From Theionarchaea archaeon (GTDB lineage Archaea > Methanobacteriota_B > Thermococci > Methanofastidiosales > SZ-28-30), in NCBI GenBank assembly GCA_018992685.1, contig JACVGT010000001.1, forward strand, positions 100,458-164,457: a DNA stretch of 64,000 bases. Direction: 5' to 3'. Below the pieces are notes generated by a model. It ran no database searches. It had not been told where the DNA came from and saw only the letters and a list, made by a program, of their open reading frames with translations. Made by a program: the position numbers and the translations under genes. Positions within the stretch are counted from its first letter, which is position 1; the number at the start of each line of letters is the position of its first letter. Of the stretch, positions 31,416-41,187 are shown in pieces.

Positions 31416-32303
31416 TTATCCTAATTTTTTCAAAAATCCACAACCAAAAGAGGCATCAGGACCACAGCCTACCACAAATCCCAACCCTAGAATCCAGGCT
31501 GCTGCATCATTCATATCTTTGATTTCATACTCCACGATCCCCGTATATGAATGGAAGACCCTCTTATTGCTGCGGCTCGATCTTCTCTCCAATCTATGAT
31601 AGTGTTTCTCGCACCTGAGAATCCTTCCCTTACCCTTTACGTCCGGGACTGTTTCCCCACTCCCGTACTCATTAACGAGCCTGATGACTCTACTCCTAAT
31701 GAGAAAGAGAAGCCGTTCAAAAGAAAGAGGAAACTCATCCCCTGTAAAGGGTGTTTTGAACCCGACTGCAATTCTTTCACCCGTAATCCTTCCTACGTCC
31801 TCGATATCTCTTAATGACAGATTTCTCAAGTAGATTGTCTCTCCGTCGTACACATTCTTATCAGTAAACCCACATTCAATACTCTTAACATAGAACCTAT
31901 TTAGCCCCTCGTACCTCTGGGAGTATAATCCCTTTTTTCCCAAGAGGTTCATGCCCAGTATAACATGGGGCAAATACTTGGCGAAGTCTCCACAAAATAA
32001 GACATCCACTGATAGGGTAGCTTTCTCTTCAATTTCCATAGTTCTCCCAAAGAATGCAGGAATCAAAATGATTGGTTTAATGGGAGGGGCATATCCTCGT
32101 TCTGCTTCAATCTTTACGTATGTGTAAAAGAATAGACAGGTATCTTTCAATTCACAGGAAAGGCAGTCCTTATTATGGTCGGTGCAGATTGCTCTCCTCA
32201 AATTCTGCCCGAACCCTCCTCTGAATGTTGAACCCATCCAGTAGGGAAAGACTGCAGGAGTGGTGAACTCCAGATTCAGAGTCACTTTTGATAGTTGGAG
32301 CAT
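31416..32303 (-). CDS. cas6: CRISPR crRNA endoribonuclease Cas6
   Basis: GSTFRGGFG..L, C..C..C Zn motif and C-terminal G-rich loop GCGPDASFGCG; last gene of the effector operon. Confidence 0.88.
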   Translation of the reverse strand: MLQLSKVTLNLEFTTPAVFPYWMGSTFRGGFGQNLRRAICTDHNKDCLSCELKDTCLFFYTYVKIEAERGYAPPIKPIILIPAFFGRTMEIEEKATLSVDVLFCGDFAKYLPHVILGMNLLGKKGLYSQRYEGLNRFYVKSIECGFTDKNVYDGETIYLRNLSLRDIEDVGRITGERIAVGFKTPFTGDEFPLSFERLLFLIRSRVIRLVNEYGSGETVPDVKGKGRILRCEKHYHRLERRSSRSNKRVFHSYTGIVEYEIKDMNDAAAWILGLGFVVGCGPDASFGCGFLKKLG

Positions 32304-32324
32304 ATGATCCCCAGATAGTCTCTC

Positions 32325-34418
32325 TCAAGATTCAAGGCTCTGCGGAATGAGATACTTTATCCACATCTTTCTGTTTTTGTCTAGTAAAACCTGAGATGGA
32401 GCATTCAGATTTCCTATTACACCTTTTTCTGACTTCTCAAAGATCTTTGGGACACTGATTAGTCCTGCACTCCATGGATTGTGATTAGGAAAGTGATTTC
32501 CGCAATAGAAGACACAGATGTCATCAATATAAGGATTGATTTCTGAATATACTACCCTTCCTACTGAGGAACCTTTTCCACTCTGTGAAAAAGCAACAAC
32601 AAGTACGTCCTTGATCTCGTCTTTATTAATATCACTTGAGGCCATTTGTTCCAGAGATACTGATAGATAATCATACCCATATAGGAGCTTCTTCTCTTTG
32701 AGACTCTCGAATAGATCTTCGTAATCTCCCGCTTCAATAAGCTCTCTTAGGTCATCAATTGTCGATTCTCGTGCCCAGAAGAACCTGGCAGAAGGTACCC
32801 ATGATCTCGTTATGACGAAGCCACTGTTGTGCAATTCTTCTCTGGTTCGGTCAAATTCGTAAATGAATGCTGAAAGATATCCGAATAGTGCATTAGAAAG
32901 TTCATCCTTCACCAATCTTGGCTTCACGACCTCTTCTTGAATTTTTCTGGCAGGAAATGACGTTTGTTGATTTTTTTTCAATATTTCTACATATCTCTCA
33001 TAATCCATATCGGGTACTTTCATGAATTCATCTTTTTGAGTGAAATCAGTTCCTACTACGTATATCTTGCCGCGGGTTCCTTCTTTTCTTCCACACCTTC
33101 CTGCTCTCTGAATCAACTGGTCTGGATTACAGAAATCGGTGATCAGAAGGTCACTATCCAGATCACATCCAACCTCTATGGCATGAGTAGTAATGAGAAT
33201 GTAAGGTTTCCTAGCCTCGTCCAGTGCTTTAACCTGTCTGTATACCCTTCTTCTAGATTCCGAAAACAGTCTTCCGTGGTAAAGGAAAACTGGGATACCA
33301 TTATACATATGCTGCCCATTGGCCTCAGGAGTGGTATTTAACTTACTGTAAGTATCAAAAGCATCACTTACTGTATTCCTGACAATTATTATCCTCTTTT
33401 GTATGTCTGTTTGGGCCAGATTGAGGATCGAATCAGTTCTCTCATCTGATTCTACATAAGCTATCTCGTAATCCTTTTTTCCAGAGTGCTCTTCCCCTCT
33501 GATGAAGATAAAACCTAATTTCTCCTCTAGGAGCGGCACTAAGTCTTGTGGAAGTGTGGCCGACATAACAACGGCTTTGATACCATAAGAAACCAGTGTA
33601 AATACAAGATTGATGAAGTTGGTATACGCAACGCTTTCGTATGAATGAGCTTCATCGAACGCAATCAAAAGATTTTTCCTAGCCATATAACCCCATACCA
33701 ATCTCAAGGGATACAGGAGGTTATGTTTTCCCCCATAACCGAGGAACCTGTACACGAATTCATCAAGTGTAGTCAGAATTACATCTCCTCCGTAGAAGTG
33801 CGATTTTTCTTGGTAGATGGAAAAATTTGATTCAGAAGATTCTCTAATCTCAATTTTGGTATAAGGAGATATTCTGACTTGAATCTCAAACGAATTTACC
33901 TCCTTGATTTTTCCTGCTATGATATCCATAATTCCTTCTACATTTGGATTCTCAATTCTTGTCTTGTTGATCGTAACTTCTCTTAATTGAGAATTGCCTT
34001 CTGAATCTACTTTTTTTGCCCAGAACTGCAATTTCTTCTTTATTAGTCCTAGATCTCTTTCTTGATCGAATTTCCTGATTTGCAGGGCTTCTTTTCTATC
34101 GCCCAAATCAACTATTAAAGTCTTTTCTTCAAACCTTTTACTGATGATTCCGATTTTGATGTAGTCTCCGATCCTGCCAATTTGATCCTCGACAAGACTT
34201 CTGGTGGGATAAACCAATATCAACCTCTTGTTATTGAAGAGAGCTGGAAGAAGAACAGCTTCAGTTTTTCCAGAGCCAGTCCCCGAAAGCAGAGTGATCC
34301 CTGACAATTCAGGATCATCTCTTGCTATGAGTTCCCAGATTTCTTCTTGGTATTTATAGGGGCTGAATTTTCCTTTTTTGAAACTCTCAATTTCCCGGAA
34401 GATCTCATTTGCCTGCAA
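32325..34418 (-). CDS. cas3: Cas3' SF2 helicase (no HD domain)
   Basis: PYKYQ, GTGSGKT, YPTRSL, TTLD, DEAH, MSAT, HGR, EVGCD, QRAGRCGR; TTG start with GGAGGTGA SD. Confidence 0.92.
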   Translation of the reverse strand: MQANEIFREIESFKKGKFSPYKYQEEIWELIARDDPELSGITLLSGTGSGKTEAVLLPALFNNKRLILVYPTRSLVEDQIGRIGDYIKIGIISKRFEEKTLIVDLGDRKEALQIRKFDQERDLGLIKKKLQFWAKKVDSEGNSQLREVTINKTRIENPNVEGIMDIIAGKIKEVNSFEIQVRISPYTKIEIRESSESNFSIYQEKSHFYGGDVILTTLDEFVYRFLGYGGKHNLLYPLRLVWGYMARKNLLIAFDEAHSYESVAYTNFINLVFTLVSYGIKAVVMSATLPQDLVPLLEEKLGFIFIRGEEHSGKKDYEIAYVESDERTDSILNLAQTDIQKRIIIVRNTVSDAFDTYSKLNTTPEANGQHMYNGIPVFLYHGRLFSESRRRVYRQVKALDEARKPYILITTHAIEVGCDLDSDLLITDFCNPDQLIQRAGRCGRKEGTRGKIYVVGTDFTQKDEFMKVPDMDYERYVEILKKNQQTSFPARKIQEEVVKPRLVKDELSNALFGYLSAFIYEFDRTREELHNSGFVITRSWVPSARFFWARESTIDDLRELIEAGDYEDLFESLKEKKLLYGYDYLSVSLEQMASSDINKDEIKDVLVVAFSQSGKGSSVGRVVYSEINPYIDDICVFYCGNHFPNHNPWSAGLISVPKIFEKSEKGVIGNLNAPSQVLLDKNRKMWIKYLIPQSLES

Positions 34419-35154
34419 TGAGATTCACCTCCTTTGGTATATTCTCCTCAATTCGTTGTAGAAAATCTTCCTGCAATTCATATGATCTGAGCTTCCTGAG
34501 ATCATCTTTCTTATAGGGGGCAAATCGATACTCCAATTTCAGAGAATTTGTGATAAATTCCTCAGGAAACACTACAAAAGTATTGTCATCTTCTTGCCCT
34601 AAGCTGACTTCTGAAAGCCTACCCATTTCGAGATCTTTTGCATGGAAAATATTGCTAAGAATGCAGCTGTCTATCCAGTCCGCCATCTTCAGACCATACC
34701 AGTCCTTGATAAAAGACACCATGTTGTTTTGCAGTTCATAGGAGTCTTTCGAGCTCTCAAAGATGAATCCTGTATTCTTGTATAAAACGTTGGTATTGAA
34801 CGGTGAATGATGGAGTCTAATCAGATTGAGAACATAAAAATTCTTGAAGTTCTTGACTCTTTCACCAAGGTCGAATTCCACCTCCCTAAAATTGGGATTC
34901 AAGAGAAAATCGGGAAATTGAGAACCATGTCCAGGGAACAAAAGTCCTTTTCCGGTAATAAGGGCTTGCAGCCGGAATTTTCTCCTCTTATATAAGTCAT
35001 GGATTCCGGCAGCCTCCTCCAGCCAGGATTTGTATCCAAAGAATCGATTGCAGGCAGAACCAACAATCTTTCTCAAGTTCTTATTATGGCTTTCTATGTC
35101 AACGAATATAAATTCGCTTCCCTTCTGGAATGATTTTGCTATACCATTATTCAT
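34405..35154 (-). CDS. cas3'': Stand-alone Cas3'' HD nuclease
   Basis: AKS...SH, AAGIHDLYK, GHG, IRLHH, MADWIDS motifs; start at ATG 35154 with GGAGGT SD. Confidence 0.8.
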   Translation of the reverse strand: MNNGIAKSFQKGSEFIFVDIESHNKNLRKIVGSACNRFFGYKSWLEEAAGIHDLYKRRKFRLQALITGKGLLFPGHGSQFPDFLLNPNFREVEFDLGERVKNFKNFYVLNLIRLHHSPFNTNVLYKNTGFIFESSKDSYELQNNMVSFIKDWYGLKMADWIDSCILSNIFHAKDLEMGRLSEVSLGQEDDNTFVVFPEEFITNSLKLEYRFAPYKKDDLRKLRSYELQEDFLQRIEENIPKEVNLIAGK

Positions 35155-36127
35155 GAACGACCTCCAGTTTCTGTAGGGTAGACAGTGGAATTCTCCATTT
35201 ATTTCCTGCATCCCCGTAATAGGGTCCCGAGGCTAGGGAATCATTGTTTCCGAAGATCCCTCTTTTGAATTTCCCCATTTGTCGACTGTAGTAGTAAACA
35301 CTCTCGGGTTTTCTTGGCTCATATACTTCGGTATGCTCAATATGTGGATCAAGGGGTATGATCACGCTCGATCGAAAAGACCCTTCCTTCTTTTCGAGTG
35401 ACATGACTTCTGATAACCCGGAAATAAATGCAAATCCTTCCTTGCCAATTTTGAATCCATAGTTATGTGTTTTATCAAGAAGGCTCAGCAAAGTTTTCTC
35501 ATGAGAGACAAGAAAGCCAGTGAAATCAGATGCAAGACAGAAATACCAATCCAAGGGCTGTCTGCGGCCCTCCTTCTTGAAAGTGCCGTAAGTTGGAATT
35601 CCTTGGTATCCTTCTCTCACTGATTTGAAAACGGTACGCTTGAAATACTTGCTCTGTCCTGATCTGTCATACTCTCTCTTGAACTTATCTAGATCATCTT
35701 TTTTCAGTTGTCCAACTTGTATTCTTTGCGCAATTAGATTCTTCACTGTTTCATCGCTAGGATCAAAGATATCCAATCCATCTGCTAAGGAATGCCCCTT
35801 TCCCAAATGTTGATATCCCATTCTAAAACTGCAGAAAATACTCGATCCAGAGCTCATAGAGTACGCTCCAAGGCTATTCAATCCTTCCGTATCTTCTTTT
35901 GTTTCTAGGATGTAGTACTCATCGATATCAGGGATTTCCGATCCAAATGCCCTTGGAGTAGGGAGCTCCTCATCATTTGCCAATCTCAATATTCGGTACA
36001 TGAACCCCGAGAATGTAGTAGGGGGTACAAACGAATAACTCGCAATAGTCTTGTACGATACCGGAACTTTTCTCACGGTTAGAGCTGATGTCGGTGTCAC
36101 CCGAATTGTCTTGAGGAATATTGTCAT
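35147..36127 (-). CDS. cas5: Cas5 (long, divergent)
   Basis: N-terminal SYSFVPPTTFSG motif and C-terminal G-loop KIGKEG; lies between cas7 and cas3''. Confidence 0.75.
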   Translation of the reverse strand: MTIFLKTIRVTPTSALTVRKVPVSYKTIASYSFVPPTTFSGFMYRILRLANDEELPTPRAFGSEIPDIDEYYILETKEDTEGLNSLGAYSMSSGSSIFCSFRMGYQHLGKGHSLADGLDIFDPSDETVKNLIAQRIQVGQLKKDDLDKFKREYDRSGQSKYFKRTVFKSVREGYQGIPTYGTFKKEGRRQPLDWYFCLASDFTGFLVSHEKTLLSLLDKTHNYGFKIGKEGFAFISGLSEVMSLEKKEGSFRSSVIIPLDPHIEHTEVYEPRKPESVYYYSRQMGKFKRGIFGNNDSLASGPYYGDAGNKWRIPLSTLQKLEVVHE

Positions 36128-36154
36128 ATCGGATCCTGCTGTTTCATTCTACAA

Positions 36155-37102
36155 TCACTTCTGGGAGGTGTCTTGCGACAACATTGAAGACTTGATTTCC
36201 TGGCCACCGGCCAGATTCCTGAGAAGCTCGTGTGCCTCCTCTCCCATGTACCTCTCAAATTTGTTCTGAACGCTAGTAGACTCTTTTGACTTGAATGTGA
36301 ATTCCTCTATTGCCTTCTTAATGTCAGTTATCATTGGACTTATGACGGGACGTTTTCCAAGGGGCTCAGTATATATATCCACTGTAAGGAGAGGTTCAGC
36401 CTTATCTTCTAGCCATTTGTGATGGAATACTTCTGCACCTTTTGGATGGCCAGCCCCAATCCTCTTAAGTGCTTCTAGGAAACTATAGGCCACCATCTGT
36501 GGTTCAGACATCTTCCTTTCGCCTTTTTCTGTATCCAGAAGCAAAGCGTGCCAGTACACTGGAAAAAGGGCACCTGCAACCACGTATTCTTTTTCATATG
36601 GCATGGGTTGAGAAGATCTATCTAAATGCTCCTTAGTAACGCCTCTGGTTTGTAGAAGTTTCTTAATCTCTTTCTTGCTATACTGTCCGATTTGTCCATT
36701 TATGATATAGGAAGGAGAACTGAGCCTTTGCTTGATCTCCGGTGACGCTTCTTGTATCGCTACCCCACCTGCTTGAAAAACTCTGCTTGCTATGGAGCCT
36801 TCTTCTTCTCCAGTTGTAGTCATCAATCCACCAAAGAGTTTGCAGAGATCGCACTTGCCGCATGTAGCTGGAATACCACATGATTTCGCTTGATCATCTC
36901 CTAAGTCATTAAGTTTCCACAATAAGGCCCTTCTGGCTACGCCTCTTACTTTTGTAGGACTCATGTAGAGTTTTTGAAGTTCTCCATCAATACCAGGTAC
37001 AGTGGCCATTTCCAGTCTATTTACATTGAGATCCTTGACATTCCCAAAGTGCAGTTCCTGTGTTGCCTCTATTATTGCATATATATCCATGTTCACTCTC
37101 AT
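36155..37102 (-). CDS. cas7: Cas7 backbone subunit, Csc2 (I-D)-like
   Basis: YMSPTKVRG..R, C....CGKCDLCKLFG, SRV, EYV..G..FP, KRIGA motifs. Confidence 0.78.
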   Translation of the reverse strand: MRVNMDIYAIIEATQELHFGNVKDLNVNRLEMATVPGIDGELQKLYMSPTKVRGVARRALLWKLNDLGDDQAKSCGIPATCGKCDLCKLFGGLMTTTGEEEGSIASRVFQAGGVAIQEASPEIKQRLSSPSYIINGQIGQYSKKEIKKLLQTRGVTKEHLDRSSQPMPYEKEYVVAGALFPVYWHALLLDTEKGERKMSEPQMVAYSFLEALKRIGAGHPKGAEVFHHKWLEDKAEPLLTVDIYTEPLGKRPVISPMITDIKKAIEEFTFKSKESTSVQNKFERYMGEEAHELLRNLAGGQEIKSSMLSQDTSQK

Positions 37103-37105
37103 TTA

Positions 37106-37615
37106 CTACATACCTCCTATTAGTTCTATTCTTTTTGCAATAAGTGCATACTTAACGCGAGTCATAAGATCAGAGAATTTTTTCTTCCTTCTTTTTGGAT
37201 CTGGTTCTTCCGCACTCAAGAGATCTTGAATATACATGTAGACTTTCAATATGTCATCATGGTACAGAAAGAGTCTTTCTCTTTCGTCGTAAGAAAATCC
37301 TCCTGATTCCTCGATCCATTTTTTTCTCTCTTTTTGTTCTTTCTCAAAATCTCCAAGTTTTTCTTCCTGGTGAATTTTGATCAGAAGATCTCTCAACAGC
37401 TTAAACTGCGTTTTGTTGCGAAAACTTTGTTCAATTGTTGTGTAATCTTGGCCTGTGATCTGCATGAGCCTATACAAGGCCTGCTCGGGGTTTTCAAGGT
37501 AGTAGGCTACCTTTCTTACTTCAGTCTTTAGGTCTTCAGTGTCTTTCCAAGTTTTCGGAAGGAATGCATCCAGAAGTAGGGCAGTTCCAAACACGATATC
37601 AGGTCTTTCTTCCAT
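37106..37615 (-). CDS. cas11: Putative internally translated Cas11 small subunit (169 aa, in frame within the large subunit)
   Basis: GAGGTGA SD (37621-37627) 5 nt before in-frame ATG 37615 (Met412, MEERPDIVFG...). Confidence 0.6.
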   Translation of the reverse strand: MEERPDIVFGTALLLDAFLPKTWKDTEDLKTEVRKVAYYLENPEQALYRLMQITGQDYTTIEQSFRNKTQFKLLRDLLIKIHQEEKLGDFEKEQKERKKWIEESGGFSYDERERLFLYHDDILKVYMYIQDLLSAEEPDPKRRKKKFSDLMTRVKYALIAKRIELIGGM

Positions 37616-38848
37616 TCCTATCACCTCATTTCGGATTAATTCAAAGATTCCATCTTCCAAGAGAAGCTCTCTTTTTCGTGGAGCCAGATTTCTGGCTAAA
37701 AGACTAACGCTAGGCAAGAGAGAAAAATACTCATCATTTATTATAGCCCAAAGAGCTTTCTTGAACTCTCTTTCTAAAGGATTAATGCCTCGTATTCTTC
37801 TGTTAAATACTTCATATCCTAGGATGGAATCGAAAGCCTTCATTGCCAGAATCTTTTTCTTTTTCAGAGGAGATGCTGTCACTGTATTGACAACATCAAA
37901 ATCAGGATCAATCAGGATATTCAATGGAATTCTTGAAGCTGCAAGATAAGTGAGTGCAGTTTTTCCGTAGCTTGAAACAAGCCTGCTGTGAAAGCTTATA
38001 GTAATGAGATTTCCGATGCTTATGCCAAAAATCCTATTGAAGAGGTGCGAAAGCTCTTCTTTTTCATAATTGGCCTCGAGAGTTATGCAATTGTTGGGAT
38101 TTCTAATAGGGGAAATATAGGAAGCAAATAAACATATTGGGCAAAAAGAGGCATTCTTATTTAGAATCCGGCTTTGAGGTCTTTGAGATGCGAATTCAAC
38201 ATATTCCTTCTTGACTTCGTAAGTTATTGATTCTCTTCCGCAAAACATGCATCCAGCTACAACATCTCCGAAACTCCCTATCTCTTTGGTTACAGGGAGG
38301 GGAATTTTCTCCTGTATTATTATATCCCTTAGTGAAATGGGAGATGGCAGATTGCGATATTGCTGTAATCGGTACACAGATTGAATCAGCGCCCATCTTG
38401 ATTGCAGGTAGAAATCATCATATGTAGATCCCAAGAATTCCCAGAACGATTGATCTAAGTCGATCGGCTCAAATGTTGAAATTTCCAATTCAGATCCCAG
38501 GTTTCTGATCACGGCAAAATAGTTCTTTTCAAGGTAGTGCAAGAAATCTTTCACAAGCAATTCTAAGGCAACATTGAGTATTGGATCCGAAGCTTGTGGT
38601 GGTGAGAGGACGTAATTGAAGAAATCATGTTCAATGATGTTTTCTCCTTGAGGCTGATTGAATAATATCCATCTCAGATACAAAGGTTCATCAAGAGTTT
38701 TCAATAGATTCTTAGCCATTGGAACATCTTCAGGTTTCAAGTTGTTCAGATTCTGGAAATCATTTTTCCATCTCGCATATTGCACAACTTCTTTATAACC
38801 CATTGATATCTCCTCTAAGCCAAGCAATAAGTGGGGTTTGAAATCCAA
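37106..38848 (-). CDS. Type I large subunit (Cas8-like, CXXC...CXXC) with C-terminal small-subunit domain
   Basis: First gene of the effector operon; CMFCG and FCPIC Zn motifs; helical C-terminus; no HD or GGDD motif seen. Confidence 0.65.
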   Translation of the reverse strand: MDFKPHLLLGLEEISMGYKEVVQYARWKNDFQNLNNLKPEDVPMAKNLLKTLDEPLYLRWILFNQPQGENIIEHDFFNYVLSPPQASDPILNVALELLVKDFLHYLEKNYFAVIRNLGSELEISTFEPIDLDQSFWEFLGSTYDDFYLQSRWALIQSVYRLQQYRNLPSPISLRDIIIQEKIPLPVTKEIGSFGDVVAGCMFCGRESITYEVKKEYVEFASQRPQSRILNKNASFCPICLFASYISPIRNPNNCITLEANYEKEELSHLFNRIFGISIGNLITISFHSRLVSSYGKTALTYLAASRIPLNILIDPDFDVVNTVTASPLKKKKILAMKAFDSILGYEVFNRRIRGINPLEREFKKALWAIINDEYFSLLPSVSLLARNLAPRKRELLLEDGIFELIRNEVIGMEERPDIVFGTALLLDAFLPKTWKDTEDLKTEVRKVAYYLENPEQALYRLMQITGQDYTTIEQSFRNKTQFKLLRDLLIKIHQEEKLGDFEKEQKERKKWIEESGGFSYDERERLFLYHDDILKVYMYIQDLLSAEEPDPKRRKKKFSDLMTRVKYALIAKRIELIGGM

Positions 38849-39053
38849 GTTATGATCCCTTCTTCTGAGAATTGCCTACATATAAAGTTTTCGATACAGT
38901 GATGAATGACCCAGACAAAGCTAGACAATTCTTCTTATACATTATTATTTGTACCAACAATTCTCTCTCCTGTAGCTAGAAGTGAGGAGAAACACGTTCT
39001 TTCTGAAGCTGATGGAATCAAAAAGTATATTAACATCTTTGAGAAATAGGCAC

Positions 39054-39335
39054 ATGTTGACTCTGGTGATTTATGATATTTCTGATGACAAGAAACGTAC
39101 TAAACTCGCTAAGAACCTCATACGCTACTCCTTGCAGAGAATTCAGTACTCAGCCTTTAAGGGAGACCTAAATTCCCATGATAGATTTGTTCTGGCCAAG
39201 GAAGTCAAAAAATATCTCAGTTGCGAAACAGACAGCATTTACATAATTCCCTTATGTCAACGGTGCTTTTCCCTCGTGGATATACTCTGTCAATCAGAAA
39301 GGTCCCTTCGAGATGAAGAAATAAAGGTGATATAA
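39054..39335 (+). CDS. cas2: Cas2
   Basis: LVIYDISDDKKR, RIQYSAF.G, DSIYIIPLC..C. Confidence 0.93.
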   Translation: MLTLVIYDISDDKKRTKLAKNLIRYSLQRIQYSAFKGDLNSHDRFVLAKEVKKYLSCETDSIYIIPLCQRCFSLVDILCQSERSLRDEEIKVI

Positions 39336-40159
39336 TGTATTTCCTTAACGACGTGGAAAAAAAGTACTTACTCAGCCATCTCCACAGAGTGACAAGAAAA
39401 GTTGGAGTTACAGACGAGTTGCGGGGCTGGTCTTGGTTTGAAGAACCTCTCAAGCCGTACTACGACATTACCCTGCCCATGTACATAATCTGTGGCAAAT
39501 ACTGTTCCACATCCAGGGACGTCTACCTCCGCTATGTACAAAAAGAACCTGGTGAGCCATCCCCCAGAATGGTCTTTGGGCAGACCATCCATTCACTGGT
39601 AGCTTCCACATTTAATTCCTTCTTGGATACCACAAATCCTCCTTTAGAATCTGAAGACCCAAGACTGCAGCAAGTATCAGAGTTTGTGGAGGCAGAAGCA
39701 AAGGCTGCCATCCTGAAGCAAAAATCCCAACAACCATATGCCACTGAGAGAGATATCCTCCACACCAGTCTACCATTCCTTGTGGAGCACAGAATATCAG
39801 GCGAGTTACTGGGACTCTCTGGGCTCTTGAGCATAGATGCTTTAGACTATCTTCACGGGATCCTCTTCGATCTAAAAGTAGGGAAGAAAAAGGACTTTTA
39901 CAGGTTATATTGCACAGGATATGCTCTGGTGTTTGAAAGTATTTACGAAGTACCTGTGGATGTTGGATGCACTGTCTATATTGATTTCCGTAATGATCGC
40001 TTATTCATTTCAAAAGACCTGTTCCACATTTCTGATAACCTCCGCAGCTGGTGGGTTGAAGAGCGTGACCATAAGATGGAGCTGGTTTCCACAAGTGAAG
40101 ACCCGGGGAAACCTCGAACGTGTCCTGAATCTTGCAGTTATTATAATACTTGCAGGTGA
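39335..40159 (+). CDS. csa1: Csa1 (type I-A Cas4-like nuclease)
   Basis: ELRGW.W...PL.P, YC.T.RD.YL, G..LGLS..L.ID, D.K, GYAL..ES, C..C.YY..C. Confidence 0.88.
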   Translation: MYFLNDVEKKYLLSHLHRVTRKVGVTDELRGWSWFEEPLKPYYDITLPMYIICGKYCSTSRDVYLRYVQKEPGEPSPRMVFGQTIHSLVASTFNSFLDTTNPPLESEDPRLQQVSEFVEAEAKAAILKQKSQQPYATERDILHTSLPFLVEHRISGELLGLSGLLSIDALDYLHGILFDLKVGKKKDFYRLYCTGYALVFESIYEVPVDVGCTVYIDFRNDRLFISKDLFHISDNLRSWWVEERDHKMELVSTSEDPGKPRTCPESCSYYNTCR

Positions 40160-40163
40160 TTGT

Positions 40164-41186
40164 ATGGAACGATTGGCTATTGATGGGTACGGGCGCTTCC
40201 TGGGAACTGAGCTCGGACAGATCGTGGTAAAGGAAAAAGGAAAAGTCATTGAACGGAAGAACCCTTTAACCTTGAGGCAAATCGTTTTCTCCGGGAAAGG
40301 TAGTATAAGCTCTGAAGCAGTCAGGCTTCTTGGAGCTCATGGAGTGGAAGTTCTGTTCCTGGATTTTGATGGTAGTGTGGTGGCACGGGTTTCTCCCCCC
40401 ATGTTGAAAACAGTAAGTGTGAGAAAGGAGCAGTACTTTGCCTATCAGGATGAAAGAGGAGTTCTCCTATCCAAAGAGTTTGTCAAGGCAAAAATGAGAA
40501 ACCAGATTGCTCTCCTGGGAGGACTGGCCAAACACAGGAAGGATACCCAGCCGGACATTGCATCTCAGATACAGGACATGAGAACCCATGTTGAAAAGCA
40601 GACCGAAACGCTTGAAAAGATATCAGGTTCATGCATTGACGAGGTAAGAGATGTAATTCAGGGGATAGAAGGGAGTGCATCAAGTCACTACTGGAAGGGG
40701 TTCTCTTTGATAATCCCGGAGGAATTCGCTTTTAGCACACGAAGTGGGAGGTATGCTGCTGATCCCGTGAATAGTATGCTCAACTATGGGTATGGAATAC
40801 TCCAGGGAGAGGTTTTGAGGGCCATTCATTTTACAGGGTTAGACCCTTACGCAGGGTATTTACATGTGGACCGGTCGGGAAGGAGTAGTCTCGTTCTAGA
40901 TTTCATGGAAGAGTTCAGGCAACAGACTATTGATAAGGTGGTAGTCCGGTTAGTTACCCGAGGGCAGGTCAGAGATAAAGATTTTGAGATGAAAGAAGGA
41001 TTGTGCAGAATAAGAAAAGAGGGCCGCAAGCTCTTGTTAAAGGAAATTCTGGAAAGATTTGAGGATTTTGTGAGGATAGAGAACCAGAGAATTGCCTGGT
41101 GCAATGTAATATTAAAGCAGGCTCGGTTGATAACTACGTTTCTGAGAGGCCAGGGAGCGTATACGGGATTTTATCTTCGGTGGTAA
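40164..41186 (+). CDS. cas1: Cas1 integrase
   Basis: GIEG.A...YW, DPVNSMLNYGY, GLDPYAGYLH, SLVLDFMEEFR; AGGTGA SD before ATG 40164. Confidence 0.95.
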   Translation: MERLAIDGYGRFLGTELGQIVVKEKGKVIERKNPLTLRQIVFSGKGSISSEAVRLLGAHGVEVLFLDFDGSVVARVSPPMLKTVSVRKEQYFAYQDERGVLLSKEFVKAKMRNQIALLGGLAKHRKDTQPDIASQIQDMRTHVEKQTETLEKISGSCIDEVRDVIQGIEGSASSHYWKGFSLIIPEEFAFSTRSGRYAADPVNSMLNYGYGILQGEVLRAIHFTGLDPYAGYLHVDRSGRSSLVLDFMEEFRQQTIDKVVVRLVTRGQVRDKDFEMKEGLCRIRKEGRKLLLKEILERFEDFVRIENQRIAWCNVILKQARLITTFLRGQGAYTGFYLRW

Positions 41187-41187
41187 G

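Noticed and set aside
37106-38848. Calling the large subunit Cas10/Cas10d
   Set aside because: No N-terminal HD or GGDD motif visible, and it is shorter than typical Cas10d; left as Cas8-like
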